Source: an uncultured Candidatus Saccharibacteria bacterium
GTDB taxonomy: Bacteria > Patescibacteriota > Minisyncoccia > Minisyncoccales > Staskawiczbacteraceae
DNA: 55,162 bases
Assembly: GCA_964404005.1 (NCBI GenBank)
Contig: CAYOIH010000002.1
Coordinates: 1 to 55,162, forward strand
Direction: 5' to 3'
Shown here: piece by piece, positions 24,074 to 31,740 of the stretch
Numbering within the stretch: position 1 is the first letter of the stretch
Layout: each line of letters begins with the position of its first letter
The notes under the pieces: model-generated
What the model was told of the DNA's origin: nothing
Database searches by the model: none
The model's input: only the letters and a program-made list of their open reading frames with translations
Program-made: the position numbers and the translations under genes

Positions 24074-26086
24074 TTATGGCCTTCCGCCCGCGGGGGGTGG
24101 CGCAGGTGGCGTAGGCGCAGGCCTTCCGCCGGCAGGAGCGGTGCGTCCATATAATGACCCACCTATCAATCTGCCCAAAGAATCTGCAAGCTTATTTAAT
24201 CTATTCGCTTCTTGAGTGTCTTGAGCTCGCCCCGCCGCTCCTGCGGCGGCGCGTATCGCCGGTTCAAAACTGGAAAGTTGGTTTTGTGTTGCCCCGGGCG
24301 CTAATCTGGCTTTGCGTATATCTGAAGTGCTCATCTCTGAAACCAGATTTGGATCCAGGTGCCTTCCTTCAACTCTGCTCCATTGTCCCGCAGACATTCC
24401 TTTATGTACATTTTCAGAAAGTTGGTTTTGGCTAGCTCTGTGCGCTTCTTCTGCTGTGCCACCGCGCGCCAATACCTCCTCTCCGGCCAATTGATAGTTC
24501 TTCTCACGGGCTTTTTTGCCTATATCTGTGGCCCCCATACTCTCCGCGCGTCTAAGTTGTGTGTGTGCTGCACTCCAGTTTGTTGTCCCGTCAGGGTTTC
24601 TAAATGCTTCATGCAAATCTCCTGCTTCGTTTACGGCCATAAGGGCTGCGGCGCCTTTAAATCCTCTATCTCTCCTCGCCCGCCCCTGTATTCTTTGCAT
24701 AGCACCAGTATCGCCTCGTGCTTTTGCGGCATTATATTCGGCAGTAACGCCCTTTGCTTCAGTATCAACGCGGGAGTTTTCTTTCATCGCAGTGGTTCCT
24801 TCACTGCGCAAGCCAATTCTTTCCATCATCCTGCCGGTGGATGAACTTATTGCCCGTCCTACGTTAGACACCCTGTTTCCTGTCATTTTGTCTGCTATTT
24901 TGGCGCCTCTCTTAAGTGCCCCACCCGCTGCTCCCAGCGCAAGCCCAGCCGCTCCGCCCGCTATTCCCATAATAGCGCTAGATACCATTGGTGCCACAGA
25001 GCTGACCATTTTATATCCGATAAAAAGGAAGATAAAAGCAACAAACAAAACATTAAAATCTACGGCACCATTTGCCGCGGTCATTATGGTCACGGCTAAA
25101 TAAATAAAAAACGCAGCGCCGACTCCTATAAAAGACCATTTAATAAAATTATCCGACCACTTAGTCCATAATTTTTTTGTTGGAGGGAATATCCAAAAAG
25201 CAAAAGCCAAAGGAGACAGTATAAAAAGCACAGCAAGTACGGCGTATCTTGCAGCGAGTAAAAGAGCCATGAGTGCAAGCGAGTAAGCTGCTATTATTTC
25301 AAAGATAGCTACGCTAGCGCACAAACCTAAATATGCCGCTGGATTTATCGCCGAGGTAGTTGCACCCGGGCCACCAGGAGCACTTTTTTTTGTATTAGCC
25401 GCCACATCAATTTCTTCTCCCTTGAGCGTACTTGCCGCATAATCGTTGATAGTAGCAGATAGACCAATAACCGATTCGCTGGTTTTGTTTCCCCCCAGTA
25501 AACCATTCATTGTTATGTTCCCAGTGTCAATAATTAGCCCACAAAACAAGCCTGAAAAATTAACAAAAAGAGCCACAACTATTAATTTCCACAAAAGCTG
25601 TTTTGCTGCGTATTCTCTAATTCTCAAACTTGTGGCCACGCCCACAACGATAAAACCTAAAACAATAAGCATATCAGCAATATTTCGAACCTGTGCCCAT
25701 GCTAATTTAAATGTTTCGTTTCCTGTAATGGTCTGCTGGTTGAATGACGGGCTTGTGACATAAGATAAAAATTGAGAAGCATATTGAAAAAGGCTGCTTG
25801 CGATTGAGATAAGAAGCGTTCCAAGTCCAACAAGTAAGTCGCTAAAAAAACCCTGTGTCCCAGATTTAATGTCGGATTTGACTGAATAATATCCCCATAC
25901 GGCTAACCCCGCAGCGACTACACCAGTAATAATCAGGGCGGTGCCAGAAATCACAAGGCCACGTTCTTTATTTTCGGTATCAAAAATTGGCGATAAAAAA
26001 TCTTTAAATTTTCCACGAGTTATGTAATATTTTATCAGTATATTTTCAGAAAAAGATGAGACTTTTTTCGTAATTTTTTTAATCAT
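24074..26086 (-). CDS. Polytopic (about 9-10 TM) membrane protein, VirB6/TrbL-like by topology and context, with ~280-aa hydrophilic G+C-rich C-terminal extension
   Basis: Successive hydrophobic segments through residue ~390. The tail is rich in A/G/R and ends in GRPAPTPPAPPPAGGRP. It lies adjacent to the VirB3/VirB4/pilin operon. Confidence 0.5.
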   Translation of the reverse strand: MIKKITKKVSSFSENILIKYYITRGKFKDFLSPIFDTENKERGLVISGTALIITGVVAAGLAVWGYYSVKSDIKSGTQGFFSDLLVGLGTLLISIASSLFQYASQFLSYVTSPSFNQQTITGNETFKLAWAQVRNIADMLIVLGFIVVGVATSLRIREYAAKQLLWKLIVVALFVNFSGLFCGLIIDTGNITMNGLLGGNKTSESVIGLSATINDYAASTLKGEEIDVAANTKKSAPGGPGATTSAINPAAYLGLCASVAIFEIIAAYSLALMALLLAARYAVLAVLFILSPLAFAFWIFPPTKKLWTKWSDNFIKWSFIGVGAAFFIYLAVTIMTAANGAVDFNVLFVAFIFLFIGYKMVSSVAPMVSSAIMGIAGGAAGLALGAAGGALKRGAKIADKMTGNRVSNVGRAISSSTGRMMERIGLRSEGTTAMKENSRVDTEAKGVTAEYNAAKARGDTGAMQRIQGRARRDRGFKGAAALMAVNEAGDLHEAFRNPDGTTNWSAAHTQLRRAESMGATDIGKKAREKNYQLAGEEVLARGGTAEEAHRASQNQLSENVHKGMSAGQWSRVEGRHLDPNLVSEMSTSDIRKARLAPGATQNQLSSFEPAIRAAAGAAGRAQDTQEANRLNKLADSLGRLIGGSLYGRTAPAGGRPAPTPPAPPPAGGRP

Positions 26087-26129
26087 ATTCTATATTAGAA
26101 TAATTATATCATAATTAATAAACAAAGCA

Positions 26130-26741
26130 TTAACCTCGATTAGATGGTGTTTTTAAAAAATTTGGTAAAAACCTATTACTTATCTTCAAATATTTATCAT
26201 AATCAGAATTTGTCTTTCTTGTTTGGTTTTCCTCAATCATATAATAAATATAAAGGCAAACGTGATTTATGCATGCCAAGATAAATAGCGCCGGACTTAA
26301 TAGGCAAAGGGCTGTCCCGAAGGTTATAAAAAAGAAGACATAGTATGAAGGATGGCGGATATATTTATATATTCCTTGGAGCGGCTTATTACTTTTTATA
26401 GTTATGCAGCTTGGAAAAGATTTTTCAAAAAAATTAGCATATGTAAAAAGAATAATTGATAAAAGGCAGAATATTATTCCTATTATAACAGATGTTGTAA
26501 GCCAAAACAATTTATAATTTATCAGTCCATTTTCGGTATTAAATATAAGTATGTTCGATATTTTCTGGAATAAAATATAAAAAGATAGTATGGAGAACAC
26601 ATAAAAAGGAACAGTAAAGACCTCTATTAATTTACTTGGTATAAACTTGTTCATCCTCACGTTTTGATATCGTGAATTTATTATATAAATAATCCAAGTA
26701 ACTAAAACAAATACATATAAATAAAAACTAATACCGATCAT
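26130..26741 (-). CDS. Isoprenylcysteine carboxyl methyltransferase (ICMT/PEMT-like) family membrane protein
   Basis: GIYKYIRHPSYYVFFFITFG (RHPxY motif) with a multi-TM scaffold; a very AT-rich gene. Confidence 0.7.
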   Translation of the reverse strand: MIGISFYLYVFVLVTWIIYIINSRYQNVRMNKFIPSKLIEVFTVPFYVFSILSFYILFQKISNILIFNTENGLINYKLFWLTTSVIIGIIFCLLSIILFTYANFFEKSFPSCITIKSNKPLQGIYKYIRHPSYYVFFFITFGTALCLLSPALFILACINHVCLYIYYMIEENQTRKTNSDYDKYLKISNRFLPNFLKTPSNRG

Positions 26742-26883
26742 ATTTATTTATTATACCACAAGTTTGTGGGCAGCGGCCAAGGCCAACTAGTAATAAAAAA
26801 ATCCGCAGAATTATTTTTCTAGCACTGGCTGAGAAATATAATATCTTTGGATTTTGATTTTGTCGCTAAGCGCTTAGCGTGCA

Positions 26884-27126
26884 TTACTTGGGTTTGGGCT
26901 GGTTATCAATAAAAGCCTGCCGGGATTGTTGTATTATTTGTTGCTCGTGCGTCTGGTTGGAGGATGCCCTGTATTCGTCGATAGCGGGAAGTATAAAGGT
27001 AGGCAACAGATATAGAAAAATCACGAACGCTAGACCAACTAAGATGACAACCGGGGAACTTACTCGTTTCTTGTCTAGCAAAGCCCTCGTTCTGTGAGCT
27101 GACATTTTTTGCGATGCGGTTAGCAT
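26884..27126 (-). CDS. Small single-TM membrane protein (80 aa), hypothetical
   Basis: ATG at 27126 is preceded by a strong SD (minus strand agaaggagttgaacATG). TM is SSPVVILVGLAFVIFLYLLPTFILPAI. G+C-richer than its neighbours. Confidence 0.55.
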   Translation of the reverse strand: MLTASQKMSAHRTRALLDKKRVSSPVVILVGLAFVIFLYLLPTFILPAIDEYRASSNQTHEQQIIQQSRQAFIDNQPKPK

Positions 27127-27190
27127 GTTCAACTCCTTCTGAAAGTAGGTTGTGAAAGTTAGAAATTATACAATTTCTAACGCACTACCT

Positions 27191-28078
27191 TTATTGTGCG
27201 CTCTTAAGGGTGTTTGTCAAGTCTCCGCTTAAATTAACCCAGTCTTGTATAGTTAGGGTCTCTGCCCTCTGAATAGGCTTTATTCCATTTTTCTCTAGCC
27301 ACTCAGTAACTTTTTCTTTACTAATTTCTAGTGTTTTTGACCCTTCGACACGGCTCAGGGCAAGTAAATTATTGGCCAATTGTTTCCTGGGCTGGGAAAA
27401 ACCGGCTTTTACAACTTCAAAAAACAAATCAGTCGAGACGTCGTATTTTTTGTGAGGTATTATCTTTATAATTGCAGAATCAATTTTGGGAGCTGGCCAA
27501 AAACAGTTTTTTGAAACATATGAAATAATTTTTGCATCAGCATAAAATTGTACGGATACTGCTAGTAAACTCATATCTCCTGGATTCGCGCAGATTCTTT
27601 GGGCAACCTCTTTTTGCAACATTAAAATCATTTCACTTGGCGGATTGTCGCATTCCAAAAATTTTCTGATTAACGGCGAAGTTAAATAATACGGGATGTT
27701 GGCAACAAGCTTATAATTTTTAGGAAGTTGTAGCTCTGTTGTTAAAATATCTCCCTGGATGATTTCTATATTTTTTCCGCCAGAGGCGGATCCGCCTTGG
27801 GCGGAAAAATCTTTTAATGTCTCTTGGAGGATTTCAACCATTGTTTTGTCTTTTTCTACGGCAATCACCTCCCCCGCCATTTCTGCCAATTCTTGAGTTA
27901 AGGTCCCAACGCCCGGGCCCACTTCTAAAATTGTGTCGCTTGATTCTATATCTGCCGCCAAAATGATTTTATTTAATATGGCCTTATCTATTAAAAAATT
28001 TTGGCCCAGGCCTTTTGACGGCCGGGTTTCATATTTTGACAAGAGTTCTTTTATTGTTTTGGGAGAAATTAGGTCCAT
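27191..28078 (-). CDS. rsmA: 16S rRNA (adenine1518/1519-N6)-dimethyltransferase
   Basis: LGQNFLIDKAILNKI, SAM motif LEVGPGVGTLT, NIPYYLTSPLI. Carries two in-frame GC-rich element insertions. Confidence 0.93.
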   Translation of the reverse strand: MDLISPKTIKELLSKYETRPSKGLGQNFLIDKAILNKIILAADIESSDTILEVGPGVGTLTQELAEMAGEVIAVEKDKTMVEILQETLKDFSAQGGSASGGKNIEIIQGDILTTELQLPKNYKLVANIPYYLTSPLIRKFLECDNPPSEMILMLQKEVAQRICANPGDMSLLAVSVQFYADAKIISYVSKNCFWPAPKIDSAIIKIIPHKKYDVSTDLFFEVVKAGFSQPRKQLANNLLALSRVEGSKTLEISKEKVTEWLEKNGIKPIQRAETLTIQDWVNLSGDLTNTLKSAQ

Positions 28079-28168
28079 AAGTGGTTATTTATTGTGTCAT
28101 TATAGCATAAAACGAACGGTGCATAACTATTTGACTTGCGGCCTTTAAAATGGTAATTTTAAATTAAT

Positions 28169-29317
28169 TTGTTAAAACTACTTACTAAGGCTCTAACAAA
28201 AATAAAGGAGAGTTGCCACCCGGCTAAGACTGTGCGCGGGGGCACCAATCAAAAAAGGCTATTGAAAAATCCTTTGTTTTATTTTGCATTAGTTTCTGTT
28301 GTTTTGTTTTGGGGAATGTGCGCGTCTTGTGGGAACTCGGCCGGCGCGGGAAATCTTAACGGCAACCATGTTGCTTTTTTTAATTCATTTTTTAGCAAGT
28401 CGGGCGGCCTCAACGGTGACAACTTATTTTTTAGTAAAGCCAGCGCAATTGCGTTAGAAACTCCGGATTTGAAAATAATACAAAATAATACCGTGGGCGG
28501 GATATCGGCTCCCTCAATTGTTTCGGGAAAAACCTTAGGAGATGTGTTTGGTGGAACCATCCAGGATAAAAAAAATGTAGCTGATTATACGGTACAGCCT
28601 GGAGATACTTTGCAATCGATTGCAGACGCTTATGGGATATCGGTTAATACATTACTCTGGGCAAATAGCCTCACAAGTTCTTCTGTAATTAAAGTTGGCC
28701 AAAGTTTAATTATTTTGCCCACAGATGGAGTTTTGCATGTTGTAAAATCCGGGGACACTGTTTCGGGAATTGCGCAAACATATAAATCGCAGGTAAATGA
28801 TATTATTTCTTACAACGATTTAGCCACTCCGGACGTTTACATTGGAGATATTTTAATTGTACCGGGAGGTACAATGCCCAAAGCGAAGGTGGCAACTCCT
28901 ATTATAAATAATAACCAAGTTCCTCTGGCCAGCAATTATTTTATATTCCCAACTCAAGGAAGAATAACACAGGGGCTTCATTATTATAATGCCATTGATG
29001 TCGCAAATAGTTGCGGAACGTCCGTTTATGCGGCGGCTTCCGGCAAGGTGCAAAGGGCCGTTTACAACAACGCTTGGAATGCGGGTATGGGAAATTATGT
29101 TACAATTTTGCATCCTAACGGCACAGCTACTTATTATGGTCACCTCTCTAATGTTTTTGTAAAACCGGGCGACCCAGTTACTCAAAGCGACAGGATCGGC
29201 TTAATAGGCAACACAGGAAACGTGGTCGGTGCAACTGGATGCCACCTGCACTTCCAGGTTATTGGAGCTACAAATCCTTTGGCGAAATATCCTGTCGGAA
29301 CAAAAATCCATTATTAA
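28169..29317 (+). CDS. LysM-domain M23 family metallopeptidase (start codon uncertain: TTG 28169 or GTG 28232)
   Basis: N-terminal TM. Two LysM repeats (YTVQPGDTLQSIADAYGISVNTLLWAN; HVVKSGDTVSGIAQTYKSQVNDIISYN). M23 motifs HYYNAIDV and GNTGNVVGATGCHLHFQV. Confidence 0.88.
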   Translation: MLKLLTKALTKIKESCHPAKTVRGGTNQKRLLKNPLFYFALVSVVLFWGMCASCGNSAGAGNLNGNHVAFFNSFFSKSGGLNGDNLFFSKASAIALETPDLKIIQNNTVGGISAPSIVSGKTLGDVFGGTIQDKKNVADYTVQPGDTLQSIADAYGISVNTLLWANSLTSSSVIKVGQSLIILPTDGVLHVVKSGDTVSGIAQTYKSQVNDIISYNDLATPDVYIGDILIVPGGTMPKAKVATPIINNNQVPLASNYFIFPTQGRITQGLHYYNAIDVANSCGTSVYAAASGKVQRAVYNNAWNAGMGNYVTILHPNGTATYYGHLSNVFVKPGDPVTQSDRIGLIGNTGNVVGATGCHLHFQVIGATNPLAKYPVGTKIHY

Positions 29318-29323
29318 TAAAAT

Positions 29324-29357
29324 AAAAACAACCCCTTGATAAGCTCGGGGCTGTTTT
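29324..29357. terminator. Bidirectional intrinsic terminator built from the GC-rich element
   Basis: aaaaacaaccccttgataagctcggggctgttttt between convergent genes. The core ccccttgataagctcgggg resembles CCCTTCGACAAGCTCAGGG. Confidence 0.75.
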
Positions 29358-29369
29358 TATTTATTGTTA

Positions 29370-29756
29370 TTATTTTTCATTGCACTTTAAGCAGGTTTTT
29401 GCTTCCGGGCAGACGAGCAGGCGATCTTCTCCGATTTCTTTTCCGCAAACCTCGCAGATTCCATAGACCCCTTGTGCCTCGCCCGTTTGGCTACGGCCAA
29501 GGGCAATTTTTTCTAAAGCAGTGCTCACATTTTTTAGTTTTAATTCAAGGCTATGCTCTAAAGAAAGTGCGTTGTCGTATTCTTGGGCGTCGTCAGCCGC
29601 TTCTTCTTTGTCTCCGTCTTCCCTGTTTGGATATTTTGCGTCCCAATTATGTTTTGAGTTTGGGTCCTCTTTGGCAAAACTTTCCAGCTCTTTTTGTAAA
29701 GATTTTTTCTGAGACTCTAATTTCTCTTTTAATTCTTCGATCAGCTGTTTTTCCAT
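29370..29756 (-). CDS. DksA/TraR-family C4 zinc-finger protein
   Basis: Coiled-coil N-terminus and CEVCGKEIGEDRLLVCPEAKTCLKC at the C-terminus. Confidence 0.8.
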   Translation of the reverse strand: MEKQLIEELKEKLESQKKSLQKELESFAKEDPNSKHNWDAKYPNREDGDKEEAADDAQEYDNALSLEHSLELKLKNVSTALEKIALGRSQTGEAQGVYGICEVCGKEIGEDRLLVCPEAKTCLKCNEK

Positions 29757-29789
29757 TATATGTTTTTTTTATTTATATTTTTATAATTG

Positions 29790-30908
29790 TTATTTTCTGC
29801 GGGGCAACGGAACTGGCGGAATCGAAGGCGACCGTGCGCCTGCTTTAGGTATTGGCACTTCAATTATTGGCGCTGCGGGCATTTCTTGTTGTTGCGCCCG
29901 CTGAAATTTTTCTCTTGACGAACTTCCCACGTCCTGCAAAAATTTTCTTCTTTGTTCTTCTTCGGCTTCGCCCGATTTTAATATTTTTTCTCTTACACTA
30001 ACCGGCGCCTTGCTTAAGTATCCTCCATCCTCTGTTCTCTTCTTTGCTGACGGCGACCATTGCTGCCTTTGTATTTTTTCATTTTGTTGCGCCCTTGCCA
30101 CTGCTAAGACTTCTTTTCTGGCAACTTGATCTTGAGCCAAACCCCTTCTTTTGTCTTCTTCGCGCGCCATAACGGCAGAATAAATTTCCCTTAGCGATTT
30201 ATCTGTGCCCAAAACTTTGTCCTGAAGCCCATTTTTTTCTATGATATTTTGCTCTGAAAACCCGTCTATCTGGCTTACTTTTTTGTCAGTATCTTCTATT
30301 TGTTTTTCCGCCTCCCATCTTTTTTTCTCCACTTCTTGTATTTTTTTATCCAAATCCCATCTTGCTTGTTCTAAACCTTTTCTTTCAGAAGCGATAGTTG
30401 TTGTCTGCTCTTTTTCTGTGATAACTTTTTGTTCTCCTTCCAGCTTTTTTTCCTGCTCTAAAATTTGGCTTAACACCTCTTGCTGTCCGCGTTTTAAGAG
30501 CAGTAGTTTATTTTTTTCTAATTTGAGCGCCGGCTCTTTTTCTTTGTCTATTGCGTCAATCTGTTTTTCAAAACCAAGCCGTTCTGATTCGAGTAAAAAT
30601 ATCTGCTGGCGTTCTTGTTCGGTGGCATAGTTTTTTAGATCTTTTTCGGCAATTCTTTCTTGCCCTTCGTTTCTTTGTAAAACGTCATCTAGCCCGGCCT
30701 TGTCAGCCGCTGCGGTTTCGGCGTCTTTTATTTCCAATTTTTTTTGTTGTTCTACCCTTTGCTCTTCTAGCGTTTTTATTTTAACAATTTTATCTCTTTC
30801 TTTTAACGAATCAGCCTCTCTCAATTTTGAGAGGTCTTTTTTCATCGTCCTGATTTCCGCCCGTTTCAGAAATTCCTTAGCTTGTGTTTCTTCGTCTACA
30901 GTTACCAT
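29790..30908 (-). CDS. K/E/Q-rich coiled-coil protein with Pro-rich C-terminus (hypothetical)
   Basis: 372-aa uninterrupted ORF with heptad-like charged repeats and tail PAAPIIEVPIPKAGARSPSIPPVPLPRRK. Confidence 0.6.
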   Translation of the reverse strand: MVTVDEETQAKEFLKRAEIRTMKKDLSKLREADSLKERDKIVKIKTLEEQRVEQQKKLEIKDAETAAADKAGLDDVLQRNEGQERIAEKDLKNYATEQERQQIFLLESERLGFEKQIDAIDKEKEPALKLEKNKLLLLKRGQQEVLSQILEQEKKLEGEQKVITEKEQTTTIASERKGLEQARWDLDKKIQEVEKKRWEAEKQIEDTDKKVSQIDGFSEQNIIEKNGLQDKVLGTDKSLREIYSAVMAREEDKRRGLAQDQVARKEVLAVARAQQNEKIQRQQWSPSAKKRTEDGGYLSKAPVSVREKILKSGEAEEEQRRKFLQDVGSSSREKFQRAQQQEMPAAPIIEVPIPKAGARSPSIPPVPLPRRK

Positions 30909-30926
30909 TGTTTATATAATGTTGCT

Positions 30927-31718
30927 TTAATTCGTAAATTTAAAAGTGGAAATAATACTCTTAACAAAGTCCTGTCCAGCCCGTATTTTTTGATTCTGTG
31001 CCTCTAGCTCCTGTTGAGTCGCCAGTTTGCCATCTGTTGCTCCGTGAACAAATTGTATGTCTGTCCAAGTGGCATTGCCCTGTAAAATATAGCAAAGATT
31101 ATTTTTTAATACGCTGTATTGCGACACACTGTCTCTTTTACCTCCCATGGCAGCGTCTCCAAAATTAGCAACATGAAAAACAGTTCCATTTATTTCTTGA
31201 GTTTCTATAATTTCTGCGCCCTGGGCATTTAGATTTTGTTTATAGCAATTATTAATTGCATTTTGGCCGTTGGCTACATAAAAAATGACAAAAGCATCTC
31301 TTGATTCCGCATTTGGAATGGAGACAGTAGTTATAGTTTTAATAGCAATTTGATATGTTCCGCCATACCATGTTTCATCCTCATTATTTTCTGTTAAAGA
31401 GGCTGTTGTAGGATATTTTATCGAAAAGTTATATCCACTATTTGTGTATATTTTCCAGCCGCCGGTTAGATCTGTTTCACAGGGTTCTTCCCATACGCGT
31501 AGACATTTTTGTTTTATTTCGCACCAGGAATAACCGGCGGCGGGCAAGCATCCGTGGCTGTCTTTATCTCCGCCAATTAATTGTTCCTGCTGTTGCGCAA
31601 TCGGTTGTGTTTTTACAAAAAAATATTGATACGCAAAAACTCCGCCGAAAAGAATTAAAATTGCGGCGATAATTGTTATAATCCCCCTCGAAGTTGAAAC
31701 GTGTTTTAAAAGTATCAT
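30927..31718 (-). CDS. N-terminally anchored extracellular protein (CPR family; paralog of 51563-52199)
   Basis: TM ...ILILFGGVFAYQYFF, then GGWKIYTNSGYNFSIKYP and C-terminus FVKSIISTFKFTN. The same motifs occur in the frameshifted gene at 51563. Confidence 0.7.
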   Translation of the reverse strand: MILLKHVSTSRGIITIIAAILILFGGVFAYQYFFVKTQPIAQQQEQLIGGDKDSHGCLPAAGYSWCEIKQKCLRVWEEPCETDLTGGWKIYTNSGYNFSIKYPTTASLTENNEDETWYGGTYQIAIKTITTVSIPNAESRDAFVIFYVANGQNAINNCYKQNLNAQGAEIIETQEINGTVFHVANFGDAAMGGKRDSVSQYSVLKNNLCYILQGNATWTDIQFVHGATDGKLATQQELEAQNQKIRAGQDFVKSIISTFKFTN

Positions 31719-31740
31719 GAGTTTATTTTTAATTTTATTT

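Noticed and set aside
24359-25103. 161-aa and 195-aa plus-strand ORFs antisense to the VirB6-like gene tail.
   Set aside because: Long antisense ORFs are expected in G+C-rich DNA. Their composition (A/P/S-rich) mirrors the A/G/R-rich sense protein, and they have no start signals.
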